NCBI GenBank assembly: GCA_028822985.1
Contig: JAPKCK010000008.1
Location: 112 to 64,111 of the forward strand
Reading direction: 5' to 3'
Source of the DNA: Aquiluna sp.
GTDB taxonomy: Bacteria > Actinomycetota > Actinomycetes > Actinomycetales > Microbacteriaceae
Length of the DNA: 64,000 nucleotides
Position numbers and translations under genes: made by a program. How positions within the stretch are numbered: position 1 is the first letter of the stretch; each line of letters opens with the position of its first letter. The notes beneath the pieces are model-generated. The model worked only from the letters and a program-made list of their open reading frames with translations. It ran no database searches and had not been told where the DNA came from. Of this stretch, positions 1 to 9,422 are shown piece after piece.

Positions 1-302
1 ATGGTGGCGACTTCATAGCGGCGCTCTATAACCTAGGGCTTGATGACATCATCCCTATCGAGCAGCCAGAGCTCTTCACTGTCTATAGCGCTTGGGCCAT
101 GCTGCAAGACGACAAGACTGTGATTCTTGAGGGTGAAAACCAGCTAAGCCTTGAAAACGAGGACTACGGAAACTTCACCGTATTTATTGAAAACGGACTT
201 ATTGTTTCGGGGAAAGAAGCCAGCGGTAATTGGGAGGGTGTGTTCCGGTATGAGCCAGACCTTGCTCTTCTTGAAAGACTCGAGCGCGAGATGAACGAAT
301 AA
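1..302 (+). CDS. 5'-truncated hypothetical protein, probable distant paralogue of the 2228-2884 lipoprotein
   Basis: The reading frame of the 99..302 ORF is open back to base 3 (GGDFIAALYNLG...), so the gene starts before the window; it shows patchy similarity to 2228-2884. Confidence 0.6.
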   Translation, partial: GGDFIAALYNLGLDDIIPIEQPELFTVYSAWAMLQDDKTVILEGENQLSLENEDYGNFTVFIENGLIVSGKEASGNWEGVFRYEPDLALLERLEREMNE

Positions 303-407
303 CAGCTGCAATCTCGATAAAATAAGAACAGACCTTTCGCTTGTCTCCACTTTGGGGGTAGTCTGCGGGTAACCGTAGGTAATCGTTCTAAATTTTATGA
401 GAGAAGC

Positions 408-1043
408 ATGTTCAAGTGGCTTAGATTCAAACGCTCCCCAGAAGTTTCAAGGATGACCTCAAGTTCTTCCCACGAACTAGATTTCACCAACCCCGATCAA
501 GAAAAGTTTGTTAAAAGCCTTAATTCTTGGCGTAAAAACCTCGAGCAGACTCGCGCTCAGGACACCAAGTTAGACCAAAATGACCTAACATTCATGAGTC
601 CAGAGGCGTTGGATGCCCTTCATCAACGGGATGCCCTAATCAAAAAAGAGGCGATGACTAAAAAGCGAGCCGCCAGCCTCGAAAGGAAAGCCGCAGTAGA
701 AAAAGCATCGTCTAAAACAACAACCAAAACAACGACCAAACCGGCTGCCAAAACTGCGGCAAAGCCCGTTTCTAAAACTGTCATCAAGAAGACAGTTGCC
801 ACAGCAGCCAGCAAAGCGGCTACCAAGAAAAACCTCGAGACTGCGTTCAAGCCTCCAATCAAAGCGACTGCTGCTAAACCAAAAACCACACCGGCAAAAA
901 AGGCTCCGGCTAAAACAGCGGCCAAGCCCGCACCAAAGCCAGCCGCCGAAACAAAGCCCAAGAAAGCCACCTCTCCGGCCAAGAAGCCTGCCGCCAAGAA
1001 GCCAGTTGCAAAAACTCCTGCTACGGTGACCAAAAACAAATAG
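408..1043 (+). CDS. Protein with a histone H1-like Lys/Ala/Pro-rich C-terminal tail and an unrecognised N-terminal domain
   Basis: The C-terminal ~110 aa consist of AKKP/PAAK/KTTTK-type repeats; the N-terminal ~100 aa are helical and begin MFKWLRFKR. Confidence 0.75.
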   Translation: MFKWLRFKRSPEVSRMTSSSSHELDFTNPDQEKFVKSLNSWRKNLEQTRAQDTKLDQNDLTFMSPEALDALHQRDALIKKEAMTKKRAASLERKAAVEKASSKTTTKTTTKPAAKTAAKPVSKTVIKKTVATAASKAATKKNLETAFKPPIKATAAKPKTTPAKKAPAKTAAKPAPKPAAETKPKKATSPAKKPAAKKPVAKTPATVTKNK

Positions 1044-1100
1044 GGATCCACCATTGAAGAGGCGTTGATTCGCTGGGAATTCTCCACTAACCTGTAATCC

Positions 1101-2216
1101 ATGAGCGAAGCGACCAAAAAGGTATTTGGCACAGCCATAAGTGGCTACAACCGCGCCGAAGTGGACAGGCATCTTGCCTGGCTGCAAAAGAACCTTGCTA
1201 ACATCGAGCAGTACAACGCCATGGCAGTTCGAGAACAGAATGCCCTTCGCGAAAAAATCGTTGAACTTGAAGAATCGCAGAAACTAAATCGCTCACCTGG
1301 CTACGCCCAGGTTGGAGCTCAATTTGAGCAAACCCTTCGGTTGGCAGAGTCAGAAGCGGCCAAGCTATTGAACGATGCCGCCAAGGATGCCATCAAGCTT
1401 CGCGAAACAGCCAAGGCCGAAGTTGAAAGACTTAAGTTCGAGGCTGAAGACGAGCTCGAGAAAACCGAGAGCGCGGGAAAGCGCCAAGCCAAGTCAGTTT
1501 TGGCATCCGCCAGCAAGAAAGCCCGCGAAACCCTAGATAGCGCCGAAGACGCAATGCAGCGGGTTGAGTCTGAGCGCGCAAGATTGCAAAAGGAAGCCAA
1601 CGTTACACGCTCCGACGCCGATAACTACGCTTCCAGGGTCAAGGCCGAGCTTCTGAGTGAAGTCGAGCGAATTCAGAATGAGAACTCAAGGCTTCTAAAA
1701 AGAAACGCTGAGATCGAATCCGAAATTTCGGAAAAAATTGACATCGGTGAGAAGCATGCTCTTCAGATTTTCCGCAAGGTTCAATCTGAATCCGAGCAGA
1801 TGCGTGACGATGCCGAGCGCGAGCTTGCAGCGGCAACCGAAGAAGCTAGCTCATTGATTGAAAACTCAGAGGACACCCTCGAGCGGGCTCGCAACGAAGC
1901 AGACCGGACGGCCTCCGAGTCTCAGGGCATGGCATTGGCGCTTATCGCTGATGCGCGCGCTCGAGCAGAGTCCGTCTCACTCAAGTCGCTGGACATAGCA
2001 AGAGAAGCGATTGCTGAAGCAGAAGCACGTCTTGCAAGGCTTCCTAGCCAGGCAAACGCCATTGAGGCTTTCCTAGATGAGACCAGCAAGATGATTACAC
2101 CGGAGCAGGAAGTGTTTCTTGCTCGCAGAAGGTCACTTGACGACTCATTGCGCAAGCCAATTGAGGCTCAAATCGTAATTGACGAAGAGCCTGCAGTTTC
2201 CAAAGACGAGAGCTAA
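1101..2216 (+). CDS. DivIVA-motif coiled-coil cytoskeletal protein (FilP/Scy-like)
   Basis: N-terminal GYNRAEVD DivIVA motif; GYAQVGAQFEQTLRLAE resembles FilP; long Ala/Glu heptad region; TAACCT-N7-ATG leaderless start. Confidence 0.8.
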   Translation: MSEATKKVFGTAISGYNRAEVDRHLAWLQKNLANIEQYNAMAVREQNALREKIVELEESQKLNRSPGYAQVGAQFEQTLRLAESEAAKLLNDAAKDAIKLRETAKAEVERLKFEAEDELEKTESAGKRQAKSVLASASKKARETLDSAEDAMQRVESERARLQKEANVTRSDADNYASRVKAELLSEVERIQNENSRLLKRNAEIESEISEKIDIGEKHALQIFRKVQSESEQMRDDAERELAAATEEASSLIENSEDTLERARNEADRTASESQGMALALIADARARAESVSLKSLDIAREAIAEAEARLARLPSQANAIEAFLDETSKMITPEQEVFLARRRSLDDSLRKPIEAQIVIDEEPAVSKDES

Positions 2217-2227
2217 TTGCAAGCAGT

Positions 2228-2884
2228 TTGAACACTTTTCCAAAAGCACTCCTTATGGCCGTAGTTGGCAGCTTCGTTTTAGCCGGCTGCCAGGCAACCG
2301 CTCAAGAAACCCCAAGCCCGACTGCTGAAGCCACGCAAACCCCATCGGCAGGTTCGGCGACTTCCGAAGCAGCGCCTTCTTTTACTAGCCCGGTATCTGC
2401 TCAAGAGTCGCTCACTCTATTTGAGGCAGCCGCGAGGCTAAGTTGCGAAACTGCGCTCGATCAGGGCATCACCGAGAAGGCTGTCGACGGCAGCGTGACG
2501 ATGGTGATGGTTAGCGAACAGGATGCCATCGAGTCTTATAGCGCGGCATACATGGAAATCGGACCGCCCAAAAACTACGTCTTGGTCTTTGAGGCCGATA
2601 TGTTTGCGGTTTGTGGGGCTCACTTTAGTTTTGTTCTTGCCAGTGATGCGGGGAGCGATGTAAAGATTGCGGCCGAATTGGAACCGGATGGCAGTTTCTT
2701 TGTTATCCAGGACTTTGGAGAATTTGGGATGCAGGCTCAGAGCTACGTTCTTGAAGACGGGCTGTTCAAAAGCATCATCACCACCTACGGTGATCGGATC
2801 AGAGCCACTGATTTGGTTTATGGAAAGCCACTCAGTGAAGATCTGCAGATTTTGCAGATAGCTTTCGATCAGTTTTTTGGATAG
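2228..2884 (+). CDS. Hypothetical lipoprotein
   Basis: Signal peptide with lipobox VLAGC, then a Pro/Thr/Ala linker and a globular domain; TTG start. Confidence 0.7.
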   Translation: MNTFPKALLMAVVGSFVLAGCQATAQETPSPTAEATQTPSAGSATSEAAPSFTSPVSAQESLTLFEAAARLSCETALDQGITEKAVDGSVTMVMVSEQDAIESYSAAYMEIGPPKNYVLVFEADMFAVCGAHFSFVLASDAGSDVKIAAELEPDGSFFVIQDFGEFGMQAQSYVLEDGLFKSIITTYGDRIRATDLVYGKPLSEDLQILQIAFDQFFG

Positions 2885-4300
2885 CTAGCTTTTTTTGAGC
2901 AGACCTGCAATTGAGTTCATTGCTCCGCCCAGCACGGCCGGAATTCCGCCACCCGGGTGGACAGAAGCCCCAACTCTATAAAGCCAAGGTCTAAGTGGGT
3001 TTTGGTATTGAGGGTTATGAAATGGGCCGGATTGCCAGATTGGCTTGGTGGCTCCGTAGAGCGCTCCACCGGGTGCACCCCAGCTGCCAAAGTAGGCCGG
3101 GTCCAAAACAATATGATCTTCGAACAGCTCAGTGATTGGTTTTTTCAGCCCGAGCTTTTTAGAGATTCTCACGATCTCTTGTCTCACCCAAGGGTGATCA
3201 ATGTCATAGCGCTTGCCATCTGCGGGGGCCGTTAGTAGCACGGCAACGGTCGGCTTAGCGTTCGGGTAGATCTCCTTGGCCTTGTAGTAGTTCACAAATG
3301 CCATGGTCTGGTTTGGTAGCTGGTTGCCTTCAAGTTTTTTATAAAGGTCACTTGGGTCATCTGGCATCACAACCGAATGGGTAACTGTGTCTTTGGGCAG
3401 TGGCTTTGCTAAAACCCCATAGATTGCGATTCCCGAGCAAGACCGCATCCTTGCGGGGCTTGCGGGCTTCTTGGTCATCAGTGACTTGAATACCTGAGGG
3501 TCTAAAGAGGACACTACATAGTCGGCCAAAAAGAAGCCGTTCTCGGTTTCGACTTTTCGTTTGTTGATACTTGTTATTTTTTCGCTGAGCTTGATGGTCA
3601 CGCCGGCCGCTATCGCAAGCTTGCCAAGTGACTGGGCAATTTCGTTGACGCCGCCGACCGGAACTCGAATGCCGTCGGTTGCCATGACAGCGGTCATTGA
3701 GGCGTAAAGCGCGAGGGTTTTGGAAGGCGCGATGCCGGCATTGAGAGTGTGGATAGCGATTATGTCTTTTAGATCCTGTGGCAACCACTTGATGGCATTC
3801 AGGTACCAGCTGGTTGTGAGCCTGAAACCATATCGCTTTTGCAGTTTTGCTAACGCGGGCCAGGCTTTCGGGTCAAGCGGCAGTTTGGTTAGCAGCTCGG
3901 TGATTGGCCCGGTTAGCGGAGCATGATCTTTTTCAAATCGCTGCCAAGGCTCCGACCACTTGTGGTCGGGCTTTACCGGCAGGTCGGTTATTTCGTCCTT
4001 GTAGTAATACCTGCCAAGTTCGTTTAGTTTTACAAATTCTAGATCTGCAATTTGTTGAGCTGTCCTTTCTTGTTTCTCACCCAGCTGGTCATAACTTTCC
4101 AGGAGCTTGTCCCAAACACCGGTGAAGGTCACCAGGGCTGGACCGGTGTCCATTATTTGGCCGGCAACGCTAACTCTTCTTGATTTGCCACCTAGCCAGT
4201 CGTGACGCTCAATGACTGTCACTTCGTGACCAGCGCGCGCTAGCAGAGCGGCGCTTGCAAGGCCGGAGAGCCCTGCTCCTAGAACGATTACTTTGCTCAT
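2885..4300 (-). CDS. CrtI-family FAD-dependent carotenoid desaturase (phytoene desaturase or CrtD-like)
   Basis: VIVLGAGLSGLASA dinucleotide-binding motif, LGGKSRR, DTGP and C-terminal GASVHPGGGIPAV; lies downstream of crtEb. Confidence 0.8.
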   Translation of the reverse strand: MSKVIVLGAGLSGLASAALLARAGHEVTVIERHDWLGGKSRRVSVAGQIMDTGPALVTFTGVWDKLLESYDQLGEKQERTAQQIADLEFVKLNELGRYYYKDEITDLPVKPDHKWSEPWQRFEKDHAPLTGPITELLTKLPLDPKAWPALAKLQKRYGFRLTTSWYLNAIKWLPQDLKDIIAIHTLNAGIAPSKTLALYASMTAVMATDGIRVPVGGVNEIAQSLGKLAIAAGVTIKLSEKITSINKRKVETENGFFLADYVVSSLDPQVFKSLMTKKPASPARMRSCSGIAIYGVLAKPLPKDTVTHSVVMPDDPSDLYKKLEGNQLPNQTMAFVNYYKAKEIYPNAKPTVAVLLTAPADGKRYDIDHPWVRQEIVRISKKLGLKKPITELFEDHIVLDPAYFGSWGAPGGALYGATKPIWQSGPFHNPQYQNPLRPWLYRVGASVHPGGGIPAVLGGAMNSIAGLLKKS

Positions 4301-4339
4301 ATTTTCTGACTCTTAGTTTCCTTGTTCATGGTCTCCTTT

Positions 4340-5182
4340 TTACGGGTAGACCCCCAACACCAGTCCAGTTACCAATTGGACGCCCGCAACCGCTCCGGCA
4401 AGATACGGGAAAGCAATGGAGTACTTATAAAGATCGTGAGCTTTTTCAGGCGTTGGAGTTTTGAAGATGCCGTAAACCAACAGTCCTGCGACTACAGCGT
4501 TCACAACTGCAACCGGAATGTTAATAAGCGCAAATAGCACCGTTGAAATTCCCCACCAGAAAGTCGCCCAAATAGCAGTCTTTCTTGGGCCAAGATGGAC
4601 GGCGGTGGTAATGATACCGGTGTCGCTGTCTTGGGGGATGTCTTGAATCGCGTCATAGGCGTGCTTTGCAATTGACCAGGCCATCAAGCCGGTAACCGCC
4701 AACCACACCGGTGTGACTCCAAGGGCCAGCGGAACAAAAGCCAGCGGGAACGCGTAATCGGTATTCGAAAGGGCATCAAGATACTTTCTGGCTTTAAACC
4801 GCAAGGGCGGTGCTGAGTAGAAAGTGAAAAACAACGCATAGGCAAGCATCCAGAGGGTTGCTGCCAATGGCAGGGTAAGGGCGAAGTAGAAAAGAAACGG
4901 AACGTTGGTGACAATTACCGCTATCCAGATTGGTTTGACTTCATTCGGGAAGATGTGGGCACCTTCATAACCGCCCTTTCGGGCGTTTATGTTGTCGGTT
5001 TCTTGGTCAAAGATGTCGTTGATTCCATAGATCAGGATGTTCATCGGGAAGGTGACCCAAATCAAGATTGGGACGATGTCCCACGTCCACAAAAAGCCTG
5101 CCAACCACATTCCAGTGACGGAGGTTCCAATGGTATTTACCCATAGAACCGGGCGAGAAATCTCAATTAGCCGCTTCAACAT
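4340..5182 (-). CDS. crtEb: Lycopene elongase (UbiA-family prenyltransferase, C50 carotenoid synthesis)
   Basis: ISRPVLWVNT start, YGINDIFDQETD Asp-rich motif, YSAPPLRFKA, AYDAIQDIPQD; multiple TM helices; TAGGCT-N6-ATG leaderless start. Confidence 0.85.
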   Translation of the reverse strand: MLKRLIEISRPVLWVNTIGTSVTGMWLAGFLWTWDIVPILIWVTFPMNILIYGINDIFDQETDNINARKGGYEGAHIFPNEVKPIWIAVIVTNVPFLFYFALTLPLAATLWMLAYALFFTFYSAPPLRFKARKYLDALSNTDYAFPLAFVPLALGVTPVWLAVTGLMAWSIAKHAYDAIQDIPQDSDTGIITTAVHLGPRKTAIWATFWWGISTVLFALINIPVAVVNAVVAGLLVYGIFKTPTPEKAHDLYKYSIAFPYLAGAVAGVQLVTGLVLGVYP

Positions 5183-5230
5183 GAGAAAAGCCTAGACGGG
5201 AAGCGGCAGTTTAGTTTGAGGTGAAGCACT

Positions 5231-5312
5231 ATCACAAATGTGCGATTAGAAAACCGCCTTTTTGGGGCGTAAATTGCGATACTTGTCACCAATGTTCAAT
5301 CTTGTTCACAAT
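5231..5312 (+). promoter_or_regulatory. Promoter and candidate SorC-family operator of the dehydrogenase-PTS operon
   Basis: TTGTCA(5283)-N18-CACAAT(5307); TTGTCA/TGTTCA/TGTTCA at 5283, 5293 and 5303 (10-bp phasing); imperfect palindrome ATCACAAATGTGCG at 5231. Confidence 0.4.
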
Positions 5313-5324
5313 CGTGAGGCCTAA

Positions 5325-6335
5325 ATGACAAGCATCAACCCACTGCTGGCTCCTGATACTGGATCAATTAGCGACAATGCAGCCAGCGCAAGCGCCGCCC
5401 TCGAGTCGCTTTTGTCTATTAGGTATTTCGAAGAAGCCGTGGACGGCCTGTTTGCTCGTGGCCTTATGCATGGAACCATGCACCTCTCGATTGGCCAAGA
5501 GGCGGTCGCAACCGGCGTTTGCGCAGCGCTTCGAAGGACTGACTTTATTACCTCCACTCACCGCGGTCACGGTCACTGCATTGCAAAGGGTGCCGATCTG
5601 ACCAGAATGATGGCGGAGCTATTAGCCAAGCAGACCGGTTACTGTCGCGGTCGCGGCGGCTCAATGCACATTGCCGATGTTGAAACCGGAAACCTCGGCG
5701 CCAATGGAATTGTCGCCGGTGGAATCCCAATTGCCGCTGGGGCAGCGCTAGCCCAAAAGATGAAGGGCAAAGATAACGTCGTTGTGAGCTTCTTTGGTGA
5801 TGGTGCAACCAACGAGGGCGCATTCCACGAGGCGATGAACTTGGCGGCCATCTGGGATTTGCCGGTTGTGTTTATTTGCGAAAACAATAAATACGGCATG
5901 AGCGGTTCGACTGAATTCAGCATGAGAATTGACCAGATTGCTGAGCGCGCCGGTAGCTATGGCTTTCCCGGAGTAACGGTTGACGGCAATGACGTAGATG
6001 CTGTTTTCGAAGCCACCAAGACCGCGGTTGAAAGAGCGAGAGCAGGCGAGGGTCCAACTTTGATTGAGTGCATGACCTACCGACACAAGGGGCACTCCAA
6101 GAGCGATAAGAATCTCTACCGCACTAAAGAAGAGATTGAGGAATGGAAGGCCAAGGATCCGATTGGCCGTTTCGAGCAAAAGGTTATGGAGCAGGGGACT
6201 TTGACCAAGGAGCAAATCGATGCAATTACCGAAAAAGCCCGTAATTCGGTCCGCAGCGCAATCACCGAGGCTTCCGAAGCCCCAGATTCTGATCCCGCGG
6301 AGTTACTCAGCAGCGTTTACAGGGAAGCAGAATAA
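5325..6335 (+). CDS. TPP-dependent dehydrogenase E1 alpha subunit (acetoin dehydrogenase AcoA-like)
   Basis: HLSIGQEA, STHRGHGH, GRGGSMH, TPP motif GDGATNEG...ENNKY, YRHKGHS. Confidence 0.9.
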   Translation: MTSINPLLAPDTGSISDNAASASAALESLLSIRYFEEAVDGLFARGLMHGTMHLSIGQEAVATGVCAALRRTDFITSTHRGHGHCIAKGADLTRMMAELLAKQTGYCRGRGGSMHIADVETGNLGANGIVAGGIPIAAGAALAQKMKGKDNVVVSFFGDGATNEGAFHEAMNLAAIWDLPVVFICENNKYGMSGSTEFSMRIDQIAERAGSYGFPGVTVDGNDVDAVFEATKTAVERARAGEGPTLIECMTYRHKGHSKSDKNLYRTKEEIEEWKAKDPIGRFEQKVMEQGTLTKEQIDAITEKARNSVRSAITEASEAPDSDPAELLSSVYREAE

Positions 6336-7325
6336 ATGACCGAACGCATACTTACCTACGCCGAGGCAATTCGCGAGGCGATCGGGCAGGCCATGGAGAC
6401 TGACGAGAACGTCTTCATGCTCGGCGAGGACATCGGCATCTACGGAGGCGCCTTTGGTGTTTCAGGGGATCTTTACCATCGGTTTGGAAAAGATCGAATC
6501 CTAGACACTCCAATTTCAGAGCTCGGAATTGTCGGTGCTGCGGTCGGTGCTGCCCTTGTTGGCATGAAGCCTATTGTTGAGATTCAGTTCTCGGACTTCA
6601 CCGCTCAGGCAATGGACCAGATTGTTAACCAGGCCGCCAAGATTCACTTCATGCTCGGTGGCGAGCTTTCGGTGCCGTTGGTGCTTCGAGCACCTTCCGG
6701 TTCAGGGACCGGTGCTGCTGCGCAGCACTCTCAAAGCCTAGAGGCCTGGTTTGCTCACGTGCCGGGGCTAAAGGTAGTTATGCCATCAAGCCCCTACGAG
6801 GCCAAGGGTCTATTGCTTGCAGCCCTAGATGATCCAAACCCAGTTATTTTCCTAGAGCACAAGCTTTTGTATAAAACCTCAGGCCATGTCCCAGAGGAGC
6901 AATACCGGATTCCATTAGGGACAAGCAACCTGGTGCGAAGCGGCAATGACCTGACGGTCGTGGCAAGCGGCGTGATGGTTTCTAGGTGCCTTGAAGCAGC
7001 TGAATCTCTCAAGGATTCCGGTGTTGAAATAGAGGTAATCGACATTCGATCACTGTCACCTTTTGACATGGGTCCGATAAACGAATCGATTCTAAAAACT
7101 GGCAAGGTCATGCTCGTTCAAGAGGCTCCGAAGCACGGAGGGTTTATGGCCGAGGTTGCAGCTCAAATTTCTGAGGGCCCGGCGCTATTCTCATTGACTG
7201 AGCCGGTTCGAAGGGTGTGCGGAATGGATGTTCCTATTCCATATGCTCCACAGCTTGAAAAGAGTGTTGTTCCTCAGCTGGATGACATCATTGCCAATGC
7301 TTTAGAAGTGCACAGAGGTAGCTAA
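6336..7325 (+). CDS. TPP-dependent dehydrogenase E1 beta subunit (AcoB-like)
   Basis: [39 protein letters not shown]. Confidence 0.9.
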   Translation: MTERILTYAEAIREAIGQAMETDENVFMLGEDIGIYGGAFGVSGDLYHRFGKDRILDTPISELGIVGAAVGAALVGMKPIVEIQFSDFTAQAMDQIVNQAAKIHFMLGGELSVPLVLRAPSGSGTGAAAQHSQSLEAWFAHVPGLKVVMPSSPYEAKGLLLAALDDPNPVIFLEHKLLYKTSGHVPEEQYRIPLGTSNLVRSGNDLTVVASGVMVSRCLEAAESLKDSGVEIEVIDIRSLSPFDMGPINESILKTGKVMLVQEAPKHGGFMAEVAAQISEGPALFSLTEPVRRVCGMDVPIPYAPQLEKSVVPQLDDIIANALEVHRGS

Positions 7326-8455
7326 TGGCCAGCACCGCGATAGTGATGCCCAAGATGTCAATGACCATGACCGAGGGTGAGGTAGTTGAGATCCTTATCG
7401 CGGTCGGTGATGAAATCACTTCGGGTCACCTCGTGGCAGTGGTTGGAACCGATAAGACCGACATGGAGGTTGAGTCAGACCACGCCGGCAAGGTGCTAGA
7501 GGTTTTGGCTAAACCAGGCGACGTTCTTGAGGTTGGAGCTCCAATGTTTATTTTGGAAACCCAAGGCGAAGACTTACTAGCAGGCTTGTTTGGGTCGGCT
7601 ACAGAAGCGGCAGAACCAGCCCCAGCTGCAACTGAAGCCTTCCCGGTTGCAACTACTAGCCGGGAACCTGCCCAAGAAGCAGTTAGCAGTGAAGTGCCGG
7701 CGGCAGTAGAGGCAGCAAAGCCGATTCTGGCTATGCCCGGCGCTCGCAGGCAAGCACGAGATCAAGGTATTGATCTAGCTAACGTGCAGGCTGCAAGCCC
7801 CAGCGGAGTAATCAAGCAGTCTGATTTGGCTGTGTCCAGTGGTTCAGCTCAAGCCACAGAACCGAACAGAGAGCTAAAGGCGAGGGCTCTGATTGCCAAG
7901 GTTGTCGCGACCTCTCTTGAAATTCCGCAGTTCAGTTTGAGCAAAAAGGTTTCAGTTTCAAAACCACTGCCCAAGGATTTTGTCAAAAGAGCAACTTTGC
8001 TGCTTCGAGCTTGGGAAAAAACTATTGCTGCCAGTCCGAAACTAAACACCAGGTTTGTTGACGGGAGCTTCGTTTCTAACTCCGAGGTCAGAGCTGCCTA
8101 CCTTTTGGAGACAAGCCTCGGCTTTGTGTCACCGGTTATTTCTTTGGCCGGAGACTTTGCAACTAGCGTTCCGAGTATTTTGGCTGCCGCAAGGATAAAC
8201 AAAATTTCGTTGGAGAATCTATCCGGTGCGACAACCTCAGTTACCGACTTATCCGAGTTCGATGTTTTGCAAGCGAACACATTGTTGTTTGGTTCGCAAA
8301 CCAGCGGATTGAATTTAGGTAAAGCATTAGAAGAGGGCCAGACCGTCACAATTGATGTCACAATTGTGCTTGATCACAGAATTGCTGATCCGGGCGATGG
8401 ATCCAGAGCGCTTGGTCTATTCGAAAAGTTTTTGAACGAGGTGTTGGATGGCTAG
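7325..8455 (+). CDS. Dihydrolipoamide acyltransferase E2 (AcoC-like) with a divergent catalytic domain
   Basis: Lipoyl domain (TDKTDMEV), Ala/Pro linker, peripheral-subunit-binding domain (AMPGARRQARDQGIDL), C-terminal DHRIAD. Confidence 0.85.
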   Translation: MASTAIVMPKMSMTMTEGEVVEILIAVGDEITSGHLVAVVGTDKTDMEVESDHAGKVLEVLAKPGDVLEVGAPMFILETQGEDLLAGLFGSATEAAEPAPAATEAFPVATTSREPAQEAVSSEVPAAVEAAKPILAMPGARRQARDQGIDLANVQAASPSGVIKQSDLAVSSGSAQATEPNRELKARALIAKVVATSLEIPQFSLSKKVSVSKPLPKDFVKRATLLLRAWEKTIAASPKLNTRFVDGSFVSNSEVRAAYLLETSLGFVSPVISLAGDFATSVPSILAAARINKISLENLSGATTSVTDLSEFDVLQANTLLFGSQTSGLNLGKALEEGQTVTIDVTIVLDHRIADPGDGSRALGLFEKFLNEVLDG

Positions 8456-9419
8456 TGTTAGAGATCGCGCCATGATCGTTAAGGTCGCTCGCATGTATTA
8501 CGAGCAAGAGATGTCTCAAGACCAGATCGCGAGGGCTCTACTGACTAGCCGGTCGAACATCTCCCGAATTCTTACCGTTGCCAAGAAAAAAGGCATCGTG
8601 GAGATTAAAATTGCGGAAACCACAAAGCGTGAAACCGAATTAGAAGATATGTTAATAGCTCGCTTCGGCCTCCGTGCAGCGCTGGTCGCCATAGTGCCTT
8701 CTGGCTCAAGTGACTACAAGTCGGTAGGGCAACTGGCCGCTCAGCATTTCTTGGCGCAGCTGAAACCGAGCGTCAAGATTGCGCTTTCTTGGGGCAGGTC
8801 ACTTCAGGCAATGGTTAACGAACTGGACGAGGATAATCGTCCAGACGTGACCCTGGTTCCAATCATGGGGGGCATGACCGCGACACCCGCCAGCTTGAGC
8901 GGCGAGACGCTCATCAGAACCTTGGCAAACAAACTGAATTCGGAGTACCTCACGCTGCACGTGCCAACTATCGTGCAGAGCCCAGACGTGAAGGCGGCTT
9001 TATTAAAGGAGCCGAGCGTGAAATCGGTTATTGACGCCGCGAAAATGGCGGACGTAGCCTTTGTTGGCATCGGCTCCAGAGAGTCTTCTAGCTCGAACTA
9101 CATTCTTGAAACCGCAGGCATTAATAAGATTGAGCACCCTGACTTCTGGTCCAGAGCCGCAGGCGATATCGGCGGCAGGTTCTTTGATTCTCGAGGTAAG
9201 GTGATCGACACCAGGCTAGAAAATAGAACTGTGGGTCTAGATCTTGATGAACTAAGAAAAATTCGGAGAGTGGTCGGCGTTGCAGCCGGCGAGGATAAAA
9301 CAATGGGAATTCTGGCAGCGCTTAGGGGCAAGCTACTATCTGATTTGGTGACAAGTTCTAGCTGCGCAATGAAACTTTTGGGTTTGGCAGATCAAGAGAC
9401 ACAGGAAGAGTTGGCATAA
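8448..9419 (+). CDS. SorC/DeoR-family sugar-binding transcriptional regulator
   Basis: VARMYYEQEMSQDQIA HTH, SWGRSL, GGM, AFVGIG, AAGDIGGRFFD, VAAGEDK. Confidence 0.9.
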   Translation: MASVRDRAMIVKVARMYYEQEMSQDQIARALLTSRSNISRILTVAKKKGIVEIKIAETTKRETELEDMLIARFGLRAALVAIVPSGSSDYKSVGQLAAQHFLAQLKPSVKIALSWGRSLQAMVNELDEDNRPDVTLVPIMGGMTATPASLSGETLIRTLANKLNSEYLTLHVPTIVQSPDVKAALLKEPSVKSVIDAAKMADVAFVGIGSRESSSSNYILETAGINKIEHPDFWSRAAGDIGGRFFDSRGKVIDTRLENRTVGLDLDELRKIRRVVGVAAGEDKTMGILAALRGKLLSDLVTSSSCAMKLLGLADQETQEELA

Positions 9420-9422
9420 CTT

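Noticed and set aside
623-1187. Long antisense ORFs (623-1138, 636-1187) that look hydrophobic
   Set aside because: They are shadows of the low-complexity Lys/Ala/Pro gene on the opposite strand; no motifs or RBS.
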